Below are positions 23,101-34,012 of a stretch of 64,000 bases of DNA, in pieces. The stretch's first letter is position 1, and every line of letters begins with the position of its first letter. A program made the position numbers and the translations under genes. The stretch lies in NCBI GenBank assembly GCA_010093605.1, contig MU004195.1, positions 558,001 through 622,000 of the forward strand, read 5' to 3'. The notes below the pieces were generated by a model that was given only the letters and a program-made list of their open reading frames with translations, was not told the origin of the DNA and did not search any database. The DNA comes from Lophium mytilinum. Lineage: Eukaryota.

Positions 23101-25534
23101 TGTTTTGCGTTGTGGGCCCAGCAGTCTGCACACTGAGGTCGTGTGCTGACGCTCGTCGTTCTATATTAGCACCTGCGATCATAGGATTCTTCATTGTCGC
23201 ACTCGGAGACTGGGTCTGAGACCTCCTAGGCGGTGACATGACAGCGTTTTGTGCAGGTTGCCCTGGCTGGTATTGTGGCGTGTAATTCGTTCTTTTTCTC
23301 GGCGATCCAACGGTGGAAGACGGGCTACTTCTCATAGGTGGTGTTGCTGATCTGGCTGTCATTGGCGGCCTTGATTGAGCCTCGAAAGGAGCGTGGCTTG
23401 GATCTTGCTCCTCGAGCTCACTGACTTCTTCCAATGGCTGCCTGAAGGTAGCTCTTGGAACAGCTGACTCTGAATGCATGGTATGATGGCCTTGCTCAGG
23501 AGCAGCATACTGACTAGGAGGATGGCTGTGGTCGACTTGATCCTGAGGTACCGTGTGGAACGCGAGAGGGCTGGAAGTGCGCGGCGCAAACGGTTGGGGA
23601 TGTGGTCTCGGCGGACCCGCTGGATCTGACACATATCGGGCATGAGTAGGAGCTGGAGGACCTTGTGAAGAGGGAGCAGGGGAATATCGTGGCACTGATG
23701 GAGCAGCTGTGGGAGGTGCAGGAGAGTAACGGGAGCCAGCCCCGGGAGCAGATGGTGGGGCTGGAGAATATCGAGATGGTGCTATAGGCGCCGGGGGTGG
23801 CACCGGGAGGCTGTTCGACCGAGTGGGAGACGTGCCTAGATCTGGGAAGGCAGGGAGTCTTTCGGGCGCTTGTAACTGGGCTATTAGAGGCGCAGATGGA
23901 GCTTGAGAGCCTTGTGATGCCCACGACTCTGTCCGCTGGTTTGGCGGGGGTTGAGGAGGGCCATAATTCCCAGGAGGAGGGGTCGGCATTCCGTGCTGCG
24001 GAGTGTAGCGTCCAGAGGGAGCATGATGCCTAGGCTTTGTAACGATGGGTAATTCTGCGAAGAAGTCATTGCTAGCGGGTTTTGCCGGTGGTGGTGGCTG
24101 CTGTGTTGGCGCAGAATTGAGTCCGTTCATTGGAGGTTGCATCGAGTGGCTAGACGACGGGGGTGACAGGCTGGCGGCCGACATGTTTGAATGAGGCGGA
24201 GGTCGCGCAGCACCGGTACTGTTGTTAGAATACATGCTACTGCTCCTGGGTGGCGGAAGAGTTGGCTGTGTAGTAGGCACAGAAACGTGATGTGGAGCCG
24301 CTCTCCTTCGGGGCTTGACAATATCATCCGGAAGATCATACGGGGAGTGATAACCTCCCTTGGCCTTGTCTGCAAAACTTAGGGACGAACTGGGCATCTC
24401 GGGTCGACTCGGCTGCTGGGGTATCTGTGGAGATTGGCCATATGCCCCGAAAGGGGTACCTGGTGAGGGTATCGACCTCTGATCCATCTGGGAAAAATCC
24501 GTGAACTGCGGCGCTTGCACCCCATAGGGGTTCGTGATAAGCTTTGGTGCTTGGGCTCCGGTGGGAGCATACTTGTTCGCTGAGCTCGACCCAGGACGAG
24601 TAGATCGCGTAACCGATGGTTCCGGTTGAGGGAGTTCATCTTCGAGGAAGCCAGGGTCGTCCTCAAATTCAAAAGGCGGGACGGTTTCCACATTCTCGGG
24701 TAGGAAATCGTCGTCTAGTGCAAGATCCCAAAGGCCTTGTTGGCTGCCACCGTCATTGTGCGACTCGTGGGTATGATCTGCCCCAGCACCAAACAAATCG
24801 TCATCCTCGGTCGTCCCCCAGTCGATCTCGGGAGTCTTTACTTCTCCAAACTTCTCTTGAGGAACATCCGGGCTTGCGACTGGGCCATCCTGCTGTTTGC
24901 CGCCCAGATCAAACACTTCACCGGATGTGCCCCAGTCTATTGATGGCGTTGCGGCTTGGGTGGCCAGCGGAGCCTCGGCATTTTCTTGAATTGCGTCGTC
25001 AAGGAAGGTTGATTCTCCTTGGTGCTCGTAATTCCCGGCGGGGGGATGCTCCGTTTCCGCATCGTGACTGGTGCTCTCCTCATTGTGTATCCCATTTGCA
25101 GCCTCTTGGGCCATCTCAGGCACCTCGACCGGGCTTGCGGTGCTATGTGTCGTTTTTGGGGTGCTCTCCGAACCCAACGTAATCTCAGCCCCGTTCGTTG
25201 CTTGTGTCCGAGACACCCCATTGCCCTGTCTTGTCCGATCTGAGATGCCTTGGGTACCAAAGAACTCGCCGTTGGCGGCTGGTTCGTCATCGAAGACGGC
25301 GAAGGGTGCTGCGGGGGGCGCTGCTTTGACAGCCGGAAGCTCGTTGTCCACCGCAGGCTTAGACTCAGGTTGCGACAGGGGTTCCTTCACGGCGCCGGAT
25401 GGATGTGATGGTAATTCCTCGGGAGCCGGGGACTGTTCGTCGTGATCTGGCCTCATTGCTGGATTCCATGCGGCTGATGAGGGGGTTCCGCCATAGGCAT
25501 AGGAGAAGTCCGGACCTCCATAGTCGCTTCCCAT
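20117..25534 (-). CDS. SEC16: COPII coat assembly protein Sec16
   Basis: 1805-aa ORF. Central conserved domain KFPGPL...GDREKAVWHAVDQRLWAHAMLLSS...AAHICF...LTEIYEY and C-terminal KAKLGEENSFVYDADLGKWINK...RYIDVM. Confidence 0.95.
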   Translation of the reverse strand: MGSDYGGPDFSYAYGGTPSSAAWNPAMRPDHDEQSPAPEELPSHPSGAVKEPLSQPESKPAVDNELPAVKAAPPAAPFAVFDDEPAANGEFFGTQGISDRTRQGNGVSRTQATNGAEITLGSESTPKTTHSTASPVEVPEMAQEAANGIHNEESTSHDAETEHPPAGNYEHQGESTFLDDAIQENAEAPLATQAATPSIDWGTSGEVFDLGGKQQDGPVASPDVPQEKFGEVKTPEIDWGTTEDDDLFGAGADHTHESHNDGGSQQGLWDLALDDDFLPENVETVPPFEFEDDPGFLEDELPQPEPSVTRSTRPGSSSANKYAPTGAQAPKLITNPYGVQAPQFTDFSQMDQRSIPSPGTPFGAYGQSPQIPQQPSRPEMPSSSLSFADKAKGGYHSPYDLPDDIVKPRRRAAPHHVSVPTTQPTLPPPRSSSMYSNNSTGAARPPPHSNMSAASLSPPSSSHSMQPPMNGLNSAPTQQPPPPAKPASNDFFAELPIVTKPRHHAPSGRYTPQHGMPTPPPGNYGPPQPPPNQRTESWASQGSQAPSAPLIAQLQAPERLPAFPDLGTSPTRSNSLPVPPPAPIAPSRYSPAPPSAPGAGSRYSPAPPTAAPSVPRYSPAPSSQGPPAPTHARYVSDPAGPPRPHPQPFAPRTSSPLAFHTVPQDQVDHSHPPSQYAAPEQGHHTMHSESAVPRATFRQPLEEVSELEEQDPSHAPFEAQSRPPMTARSATPPMRSSPSSTVGSPRKRTNYTPQYQPGQPAQNAVMSPPRRSQTQSPSATMKNPMIAGANIERRASAHDLSVQTAGPTTQNIASIIPHRRQFSRDFDFIQPTDDRAADPLQRWKGHPIFQWGVGGTVVTSFPKYVPRYGTGSASPMMKANAGEVRIQSVKEACPLTEDVAKFPGPLKAKSKKKEVSTWLAGKIGAFETYFKNPAVERAMSPAELKRFEEKILLWKVMQIFVDNDGLLEGNPAVEQAVRKVLSPHGVEDSSEPPTPSYSTAADIVGRARSASTNVQAEPIDPKAVDELRTLLTRGDREKAVWHAVDQRLWAHAMLLSSTLDKSVWKQVVQEFVRNEVKKIGGNTQALAVLYEVFAGNWEDCIDELVPASARAGFQMMSTDANGAPRNALQGLDRWQESLLLILSNRSEGDVQALLSLGRLLAGYGRIEAAHICFMFSRSTAYFGGLDDPQSDFVLVGADHRANPESIGKDLEPVMLTEIYEYALSLHAPSAAVVPHLQNYKLAHAFTLAEYGYRSEAQHYCDAIGAAIKATTRVSPYYNNSFIMLLEDLTKRLSHSPKDGSSSWISKPSMDKVSGSFFAKFTSFVAGDESDAVSNHSGNGPAEAGPFARIGGNTPAISPVQSNADIYGTYGAYPGAPPTTGLPNSRYAPGTSAAPRGSSEQPRSRYDPQAQSPYQGSRPSMESSDGSQGFRRASENYMPSPQLVNAYTPGVMSPPQRAAMPRSQSLYSPNAPEVTSMHTPYANPYQPAPLVEETEPGSGYQPLQQHSGPPSGDRSPVGYESNSMAYEPPASSYEPPAYEPYQPDAESASPVLEKKKSFMDDDEDDELARRAADLKKKQKSEADKKADEAFRKAAEADAAKDKKAAPKGGWISGWFKKDPNAAPAPIKAKLGEENSFVYDADLGKWINKKAGGSDAPSAARATPPPPKSGPPSRSVSGNNVTANHALGQLGSSLPHSYSVPSSRPPTSTPNQRSSSMPPPSAPGSRAGTPARVGTPGAEGEGLMLPPTLMPPSLPAGSGPPSRPGTGMSTASSIEDLIGAPQARAGGTVKRNKKKGGRYIDVMAQGS

Positions 25535-26417
25535 TATGCAAATTATCGTACGCGGTGAAAGGGGTATATGTAATTACTGCGGTGCGCGTTAGTCCGGCTT
25601 CATGTGCGCGTAATCGTGTCTGGTGTGCGGCATAGGCTTTGAAAGCTGGACGCGACCGTCGACGGTCTGTATTGTGACGGGAATGCTTCGAATATGCGTA
25701 GAGTTGATGGTAAAGTCGAATTTGAGAAGTATTGAAGTAATGGCGATGTCGAAGCGCTCTCGAACCGTGGTAGTTGACAGATTGACAAGGGGGAGATGAT
25801 GGCATCCCTTTCGCCATTCACGAGAAGAGTACGTACCAATACAAGAAGGCAGAAGGAGCAGCAGCAGTCAGGTCGCGCGCAATGCTGGCGGCGACGTACA
25901 AGGACCGCGAATTAGTAGAAGAGGCTCGCTGTGGTAGAAGAGGGAGCGTGGGGAGACATGCGGAGGGGGAATGGGGAGAGAGGTGGTGTTTGGGGGGAGG
26001 TGACGGGAGTCTTGGTGAAGCGTTCCGGCGGCCGACGAAAGGAGCAAGGTGGCTCGACTGCCCTGCTGCGATGACCCTATTGATCCGCGACGGGGACGAC
26101 GACGCCAGAATTATTGCACCGCCACCGTGATTGAAGAGAACCCCGTACGCCTCTGGATATCCCATACATACACTCCATCTCACTTCCGTGAACTTGGTGG
26201 CATAATTAGTTGCTGCTTACCCATATCTACCGCTGCCTGGAGGCCCCTCATACAGCCACCTGGACCCCCAACCACTACGCATAAAGAAACAATTTCGAGT
26301 CGAGATATTGCGAATACATTCTTGAGCCTCCGCAGCCCTCACCTCCATGCTTAGTGTATACAATTAATCCTCTCGACCCCTTCCGCGCCGGCCGCAACCC
26401 TCCTTTCATGAACCACC

Positions 26418-29400
26418 ATGTCCGCTCCTCACCAATACCACCAACCAAATGCGCCAGACGATAGCGACTCCGACCTCGAGCTCGACCTAGAAGAACTCGA
26501 TCCACTCGCCGCGTCCTCCAATTCGGCGGCCTCCCCGCCGCGCCGTCCTTCAAAAGAGCAACATAAGCCGTATCAGCTGGGGGCAAGGATACCTCTGCGC
26601 AATCTGAGGGTTGGCAGACTGCGGGGACTGAGGAGGAATACAGCATCACCAAGCTATGACGAGGATGAGGATCTCCGGGGCCTCATCGAGGACGACCATG
26701 ACACTCAGAGGAACTCCGCGGGTAGTCTTGGCACCATTGGGGACGACGATGCGCCGCTGCTCTCTTCTTCACAAGTTAGGAGGAGAACGCCCCGGAATCC
26801 AAGCGCAATGGCTAGGCTTGGATCAGCTCTCCGTCTACCCAGCTTCATGTCTGCACAGACTCAACCGATGACGCCGGGGGGGCATCCAGCTGAAGAAGAG
26901 GAAGAAGCAGAGGACGAGCACGATCCCAGCTCAAACAGGAACATCGCGGTCGGCCAACTGCAGGCGTCTCGATTTCCCCCAAACGCCGTTTCCAACGCCA
27001 AATACACCCCATGGAGTTTCCTCCCGCGCACCCTGTACAACGAATTCTCCTTCTTCATCAATATGTATTTCTTGCTTGTAGCATTATCGCAGATTATACC
27101 CGCATTACGGATCGGATACCTCTCCACCTATATTGCACCTCTCGCATTTGTCATATCCGTTACACTTGGAAAGGAAGCCCTCGACGATATTGCCAGACGG
27201 AGAAGAGACGCCGAAGCAAACTCGGAAGGATACACAGTTTTGCGATTTGAGGATAATCGACGAAATGGCGTAGCCAACTCCAGCAGGAGTGGGATGGGTG
27301 CACGCAGGCTGTCGGATATTGAGGACGAGGAACGAAATATGTCCACCACGACCGGAATGCCGACATCTAGCTATCAGGAAGTAGTGAAGCCATCTCGCAA
27401 CCTCAAAGTCGGTGATGTCGTGAAGCTGGGGAAAGATCAACGAGTTCCGGCCGACATGGTGCTGTTGAAGAGTTATTCCAATGAGGTCGCTGCATCTGTC
27501 CCCGAGCCCGCGCCGTCCGAGCACCCAGAGCTGTTAGATCTAGGGGCTGGTGCTGCGTCGGGATCATTGGAAAAGCCTCAAACTCCATCGAATGCCCCAG
27601 AGCCTACTGGAGAAGCCTTTATCCGAACGGATCAGCTAGATGGTGAGACAGATTGGAAGCTTCGGATTACATCGCCCTTGACTCAATCTCTTGACATTGG
27701 CGAATATACTAGGCTTCGGGTTGTAGCGGGAAAGCCAGACAAGAAAGTCAACGAGTTTATCGGAACGGTTGAGCTGCTCCCAAAATCACGCCGAGAGTAT
27801 GATCCACATATCAGTAGGGACGAAGAAGGAGGGCCATCCACAGCTACAGAACAAGTCAAGTCTGCTCCACTGAACATCGATAGCACGCTTTGGGCGAATA
27901 CGGTTGTGGCTTCAAGCTGTGCGGTGCTTGCCGTAGTGGTCTACACCGGCTCCCAAACACGCCAAGCTCTGTCTACGTCTCCTTCAAGGTCCAAGACCGG
28001 TCTGCTCGAGTACGAAATCAATTCGTTGACCAAGATACTGTGCATACTTACGTTGAGTCTCTCGTTCATTCTGGTAGCCGCGGATGGATTCCGCGCTCAA
28101 GATGGCAATCAGTGGTATGTCCTCGTCATGCGATTCTTGATTCTGTTCTCAACCATCGTACCCGTTGGGCTACGTGTCAATCTGGACATGGGAAAGTCTG
28201 TCTATGCCTACTTGATTGAACACGACAAAGAGATTCCAGGGACAGTGGTGCGCACAAGTACGATTCCCGAGGATCTTGGTCGGGTAGAGTACTTGCTAAG
28301 CGACAAGACTGGAACGCTTACGCAAAATGGTATGTATTCAGGCAGCATAGAAACTGTTCAACTTACTGATCGCTTGAAACAGAGATGGAAATGAAGAAAA
28401 TACATGTCGGGACTGTCTCCTATGCCAACGAGGCTATGGACGAAGTTACTTCATACGTCCGTCAAAGTTTCATCGTCCAGCCATCTGGTGACGCCACACC
28501 TTCTCCGTCGTTGATTACACCGTCTTCTACATATGTCGCTCCCCTGACATCCGCCACGAGGACGCGGAGAGAGATCGGGTCTCGAGTGCGCGACGTAGTC
28601 CTAGCGCTTGCGTTGTGTCATAATGTGACACCGACATCCGAAGAGAAAGACGGCGAAACTGTTATATCGTACCAAGCTTCATCTCCTGATGAAATTGCCA
28701 TTGTTCGCTGGACGGAGGCTGTTGGTCTTCGATTGCTGCAACGTGATCGGCACTCCATGTCTTTGCAATCAGTCGAAACCGGGAAACTCGTCGTGCGCGT
28801 ACGAATTCTCAACGTGTTCCCCTTTACATCAGAGGGGAAGCGCATGGGCATAGTCGTCAAATTTTACTCTGGCACCGCATCCTCGCCAACGGAAGATGAC
28901 GGAGACATATGGTTTTACCAAAAAGGCGCCGACACCGTCATGAGCACTATCGTCGCTGCCAACGACTGGCTCGATGAAGAGACCGCCAATATGGCCCGCG
29001 AAGGCCTCCGCACCCTAGTCGTTGGCCGCAAAAAGCTCTCTGCTGGCATCTATGAAGAATTTCTCTCCAAATACTCCCAGGCCGCCCTCGCCCTCCACAA
29101 CCGCGACACCGCCCTCGCGGACGTTGTCAAAGCCTACCTCGAAAATGACCTTGAGCTCCTCGGCGTCACCGGTGTCGAGGACAAGCTTCAGAAGGACGTC
29201 AAGTCCTCCCTCGAGCTCCTCCGCAACGCTGGCATCAAGATCTGGATGTTGACGGGCGACAAGGTCGAGACGGCGCGCTGTGTCGCTGTTAGTTCCAAGC
29301 TCGTCGCCAGGGGGCAGTACGTTCATACTATTGCGAAAATGAAGCGGAAAGACCTCGCGCACGACTCGCTCGATTTCCTCCGCGGCAAACCCGACGCATG

Positions 29401-30470
29401 CTTGCTGATTGATGGCGAGTCGCTAGCATTAATGCTAACGCACTACCGCGAGCAATTTATCTCCATCGCCGTCACCCTCCCCACCGTCGTTGCGTGCCGC
29501 TGCTCGCCTACCCAAAAGGCTGATGTCGCGAAACTGATCCGCGCATACACCAAGAAGCGCATCTGCTGTATCGGCGACGGCGGCAACGACGTCTCCATGA
29601 TCCAAGCCGCAGACGTTGGCGTCGGGATCGTGGGAAAAGAAGGCAGGCAAGCCAGTCTCGCAGCCGATTTCTCAATTGAGCAGTTCTGCTACTTGACTAA
29701 ACTACTCGTATGGCACGGGCGGAACAGCTACAAGCGCAGCGCGAAGCTCGCCCAATTCGTCATCCACCGTGGTCTCATCATCAGCGTTTGCCAGACCGTC
29801 TACAGCATCGCTACGAAATTTGCTCCGAACGCTCTCTACCGCGTTAGCTACCCCCTCCCTCATTCAAACACTCACTCGCTAACCGAAACCCCAGGACTGG
29901 CTCCTCGTCGGCTACAGCACAGTCTACACCATGGCGCCCGTCTTCTCCCTCGTCCTCGACACCGACATCCCCTCTTCCCTCGCTCACCTCTACCCGGAAC
30001 TCTACGCCGAGCTCACCACTAACCTCACCCTCTCCTACCGCACCTTCTTCATCTGGGTCCTCGTCTCCATCTACCAAGGCTCCATCATCCAAGTCCTCTC
30101 CCAAGTCCTCACCCCCTCCCCCACCCCCTCCGCAACTGACTCCACCGGCCTCGAAGTCGGCAGTCCCGGCTTCTCGCGCATGGTCGCCCTCTCCTACACC
30201 GCGCTCGTGCTCAACGAACTCGTTATGGTCGCCATCGAGATCATCACGTGGCATTGGGGGATGTGGTTGTCTATTCTGGGGACTGCGGGCGTGTTTTTCG
30301 CGAGTGTGCCGTTTTTGGGCGATTATTTCGATTTGGGGTATGTGGCGAGTGTGGGGTTTTTGTGGAGGGTGCTGGTTGTGGCGGGCGTGAGTTTGGGGCC
30401 GCCGTATGCGGTGAAGTTGCTGAGGAGGGCGTTGAAGCCGCCGAGTTATCGGAAGGTGAGGGGGGTGTAG
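26418..30470 (+). CDS. NEO1: P4-type phospholipid-transporting ATPase (Neo1/ATP9 class); introns 28330-28382 and 29843-29894
   Basis: FIRTDQLDGETDWK, DKTGTLT phosphorylation site, YQASSPDE, IWMLTGDK, CRCSPTQKA, IGDGGNDVSMIQ, C-terminal PPSYRKV. Confidence 0.97.
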
Positions 30471-31127
30471 GAGTGTTGGATGAGGGCGGATGGGGAGAGA
30501 AAGAGGGGGTTTGAGCGTGGCGTTTGGGGGTTTGAGGTTTGCATAGCGGATTTAATTCCTTTTTCAGGTTGGGCTTTTTGAGATTGTGAGTGCTCATCTA
30601 CGCTCGTGTGCTTTCCATTCATGTGAATGTGCAAGAAAGTCAATGAGGCGAGGTTTGCAGAAGTAGGAATCGAGTCTGTTAAAGTGAGGCTTTCGTAAAA
30701 CGGTAAAGTTTATCAGGATGTGTTTCAGCATGTGGCACGCGGAGATGAAGTCGTGTGTACGTATTCCAATTTCCGTTCCATTATGAACATCAGATCATGA
30801 CCTGAAGTCGGACAACAGAACGCTAATGTGAAGAAGTCAGGTTCCCCGTGCCAGCAGCTTTGCGTGATGGCGAGAAGTGTGTGTATAGTACAATGGTGCA
30901 TGAGGTATTGGGGAAGGCAGAACCAAAGTCTGTGATGAGGAAAGAAAACACCACAAGCCCTTCGCATAATGTGCTTCCTATCTTCCGCAGAACAAATGCC
31001 TTTCTCTTTGAAGGCCGAGAAGGTAAGACGAAGACTCAGTACGAGTACCGTGTCTGCATTTCGTTACCTGACTTCGAACGAATATAGTGGCATGTCTACC
31101 ACACTGACGATCGAAGACAGATAATCC

Positions 31128-32345
31128 TCAGCCGCTGGCTGAGCTAGCCAATCCTTGCGATACGTTCTGCGAGGTTCCTAGAAGACAACGCAGTTTCGCC
31201 TGTGCCAGGAGTGGAGCCGGATACCAAGGGGGATGATCGGCCGGTCGCAAGATATTGTACAGGTTTGTGAGGCTCATTTCAGTGAACCGTCTGGCGGTTA
31301 CAGTGTGCAAAACAAGTATGTCGGTCAACTCGGCAATGTACTGCAAACGTTCCTCCGGCGTCCTCAGCCCGTAGGCTTTCTCCCCATAGGGACTATCGAG
31401 TTCGGTATTCAGGATCCACTCCGCGAGCGTCTGGTAACTGGTGGAGTCTAGAGTTGGGGGTTGTGGCAAGTCTGGCATATGACTCCTGTCGGTTCCGCCC
31501 TTTGATGTGTTGTCTAACACGCATGTTAGCGGTGCTTTATTTTGCACGGTTGTATGAGCATTGCGCTGACCTTTATTATACTCTGACACCGTCCCCTCAT
31601 AGGCAAAGAAGAAAGCAGCCTCTTCTTTAGTCATGAACAGCCTGATGTCCAAGCTCTTGCACTTGCTATCTCTCTCCTCCTGGTCTTCAATCAAGCCTGG
31701 CAGATGGCGTAGTCTGTCGACTTCGTTGAGAACTAGTCCAACAACCTTCTTGCTCTTGAATTGGGTGTCGACCATCAAGAAGCGAAGCTGCAAAACATAA
31801 GAGAAACCGAGGTTGAGATCCAGTAGAATCTTTTGGATCGACCCAACTTGCTTGGGGCAGATCGCATCAACAACATACTGGACTTGGCGGCCGTACCCGT
31901 ATAGCTTCCAGACTTGGAGCCACTCAACATAGACCTTATTCCGGTGGAAGATGTTAGCGAAAGAGAAAACCGGCGCATCCTGCAGCCCTGGTAAAAGCGC
32001 CGATTGCAGAAGGCATGAGTCAATGCATAGAACGTCCTTCGCGAAGTCAAAGTATGCGAGGCGTTTCGGATGACCCTGTGCATCTTTGCCAGTACTCCGC
32101 AGGTTCAATGTCTCGTAGAATGCTTCCCGATTCGACAGAGCCGAGGTTGGCCATGTCCCTCCAATAGCAACAGCCTTGGAGGGAAGCTGGTATTGGGTCA
32201 ATTGAATAATCCGTCCGCGCTCTGGCAAAGCGGACCTCCAGATCCGAACTCGAATCTCGGGCGGTAGCTTGTCGAAGCAGGCGAAGCAGTCTGCTGCTTT
32301 CTCGAGGCAGTTCGGCGTAGCTGACGGGCTTGCAGGTAGGTCCAT
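31128..32345 (-). CDS. 2EXR domain protein
   Basis: FACFDKLPPEIRVRIWRSALP.R.I...NREA...YFDFAKDVL pattern. Intronless. Confidence 0.75.
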   Translation of the reverse strand: MDLPASPSATPNCLEKAADCFACFDKLPPEIRVRIWRSALPERGRIIQLTQYQLPSKAVAIGGTWPTSALSNREAFYETLNLRSTGKDAQGHPKRLAYFDFAKDVLCIDSCLLQSALLPGLQDAPVFSFANIFHRNKVYVEWLQVWKLYGYGRQVQYVVDAICPKQVGSIQKILLDLNLGFSYVLQLRFLMVDTQFKSKKVVGLVLNEVDRLRHLPGLIEDQEERDSKCKSLDIRLFMTKEEAAFFFAYEGTVSEYNKGQRNAHTTVQNKAPLTCVLDNTSKGGTDRSHMPDLPQPPTLDSTSYQTLAEWILNTELDSPYGEKAYGLRTPEERLQYIAELTDILVLHTVTARRFTEMSLTNLYNILRPADHPPWYPAPLLAQAKLRCLLGTSQNVSQGLASSASG

Positions 32346-33276
32346 AGTCGCTGAATTGCAGGACTAGTCAAGAGAGAAAGGCGACACGGGGGAACGCGAC
32401 GAGGTACAGGCCGATGAAAGGTGAGCGATAGGTTTCTGAACGTGGCTGAAGCTGGTGAACGAGTGAAGTGTTGATGAGACGTCAGGCGAGAAGGTTGAAG
32501 TTTGGAGGCGAGGTTGAAAAGAGACAGAGCTCCGCCGGGCCTTATAGCTCTCCGACTTCGGCACCTGCCCTCTCAATCTACAGAGGCCACCCAAGATGAG
32601 CGGCTGACATTCAGTACGAGAAGCATCAGAAGAACTTTAATTGGCTCACGTTGGCTTCAGCATTGTACATGGCGAAAACCGTTACGGTCTACTCCTATGC
32701 CATCATTGGTGCTTCAGTGGAGTCTGAGTATGCCACGAATCCAGAAGGGATACAGCTTGGATCAAAAGCAAATTCATGAGTCTGTTGGAAGCTTGTCCCG
32801 ATTATCTGCTGGAAGCACTAGCCTTAGTTCCCCGTTGACTACTCCTCCACCTTCCGGCATCAACACACTCGAAGACGTCGAAGATAATATTCATCAAGGC
32901 CAGTGCGGACCCTAAAGAACCGCTTTAACGTTACAGGGTCAATTATCTCCAGATTACGAGAGATCGAGCGAGATGAGCGAAGTCGTCTACAGGTATAGTC
33001 GTCAGAATTCGCAGTCAAGGTCGCGCGATTGCACACGACACTATAGACGGGAGGCTTATCCATAGGAGAATCCTTGTTGGCTGATCTCCGATCTAGAATC
33101 GTAACATGACGTCGTTGCGATGAAACTGCATTCCGAGCCGGTTGTATTCATGTGGGCATTCCCGCAGTGCATACATTCTTTTGGAGACGACCTTAAAGTC
33201 ATCCGCGGTATGTTGCTGCTCGGGCTCGCAGTCTAATCCAACCTTCAGTTAGCAACACTCTTTAGATTCACCAAAG

Positions 33277-33830
33277 ATGAAATATCTCATCCTTCCGCTC
33301 CTCGTAGTCCTCAGCACTGCCACCATCGCTTCTCCGGTAGCGCAATCAAACTTCCACACTCCCGACCAACTCTGGCCACCCTTCAAGAAGCCGACGACAA
33401 GTTTATCCTCTCGGTATCCTTATCCGACCGACGACAGCAACCGCCCAAACGGCGATAGCGTTGACAATGGGAATGGCAATGGTGATGGGAATAATTTCAG
33501 CATAAATGTAGACAACTACAGTAATAGCGTGGCGACTTGCCCTTCTAGTCCAGCCGGTAAGTAAGACCGTCTGAGCAGTGTCTCGGCGTAGTAGCGCAGG
33601 CGATTTGCTGATTTGGTTGAAAACCAGACGGGGCTTCAGGACGCTGTCGAAGCTACAAAGACTGCAACTTCTGCTTCTACAAGGACCGGTGCTGTTTCAC
33701 ACCAAAGCCGCCGCCGGGGGGAAACACGGTGCCGCTGCCCATCGTTCAACCGAACCAACCAAACCCGCCGCCGGAGGATCTTGGGTATTGCCTTTGTGGA
33801 GGGGAGGGGATCGAGGATCAGTGTTCCTGA
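33277..33830 (+). CDS. Small secreted Cys-rich protein (160 aa), effector/antimicrobial candidate; intron 33557-33627
   Basis: Signal peptide MKYLILPLLVVLSTATIA. The GTAAGT...GCTGAT...CAG intron joins to DGASGRCRSYKDCNFCFYKDRCCFTPKPPPGG...GYCLCGGEGIEDQCS*. Confidence 0.7.
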
Positions 33831-34012
33831 AACAGTGACTCCATTGGGGGCTTCATTGACTTTCTCACTTGTATGTACTAATAGAAGAGTAGAGTTTCGA
33901 ATTGGGATAATGAGAGTAATGTTTCTAAGCCGACGGCAACAAAAGAAAGTGCGGCCCATAGAGAGTCTTGCTGACACAATTTCATCCAAATAATCCAGTC
34001 ACCTCTCAGAGC

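Noticed and set aside
20106..30600. Numerous antisense and alternative-frame ORFs over SEC16, NEO1 and other genes
   Set aside because: Shadow ORFs expected from GC-rich codon bias, with no motifs.
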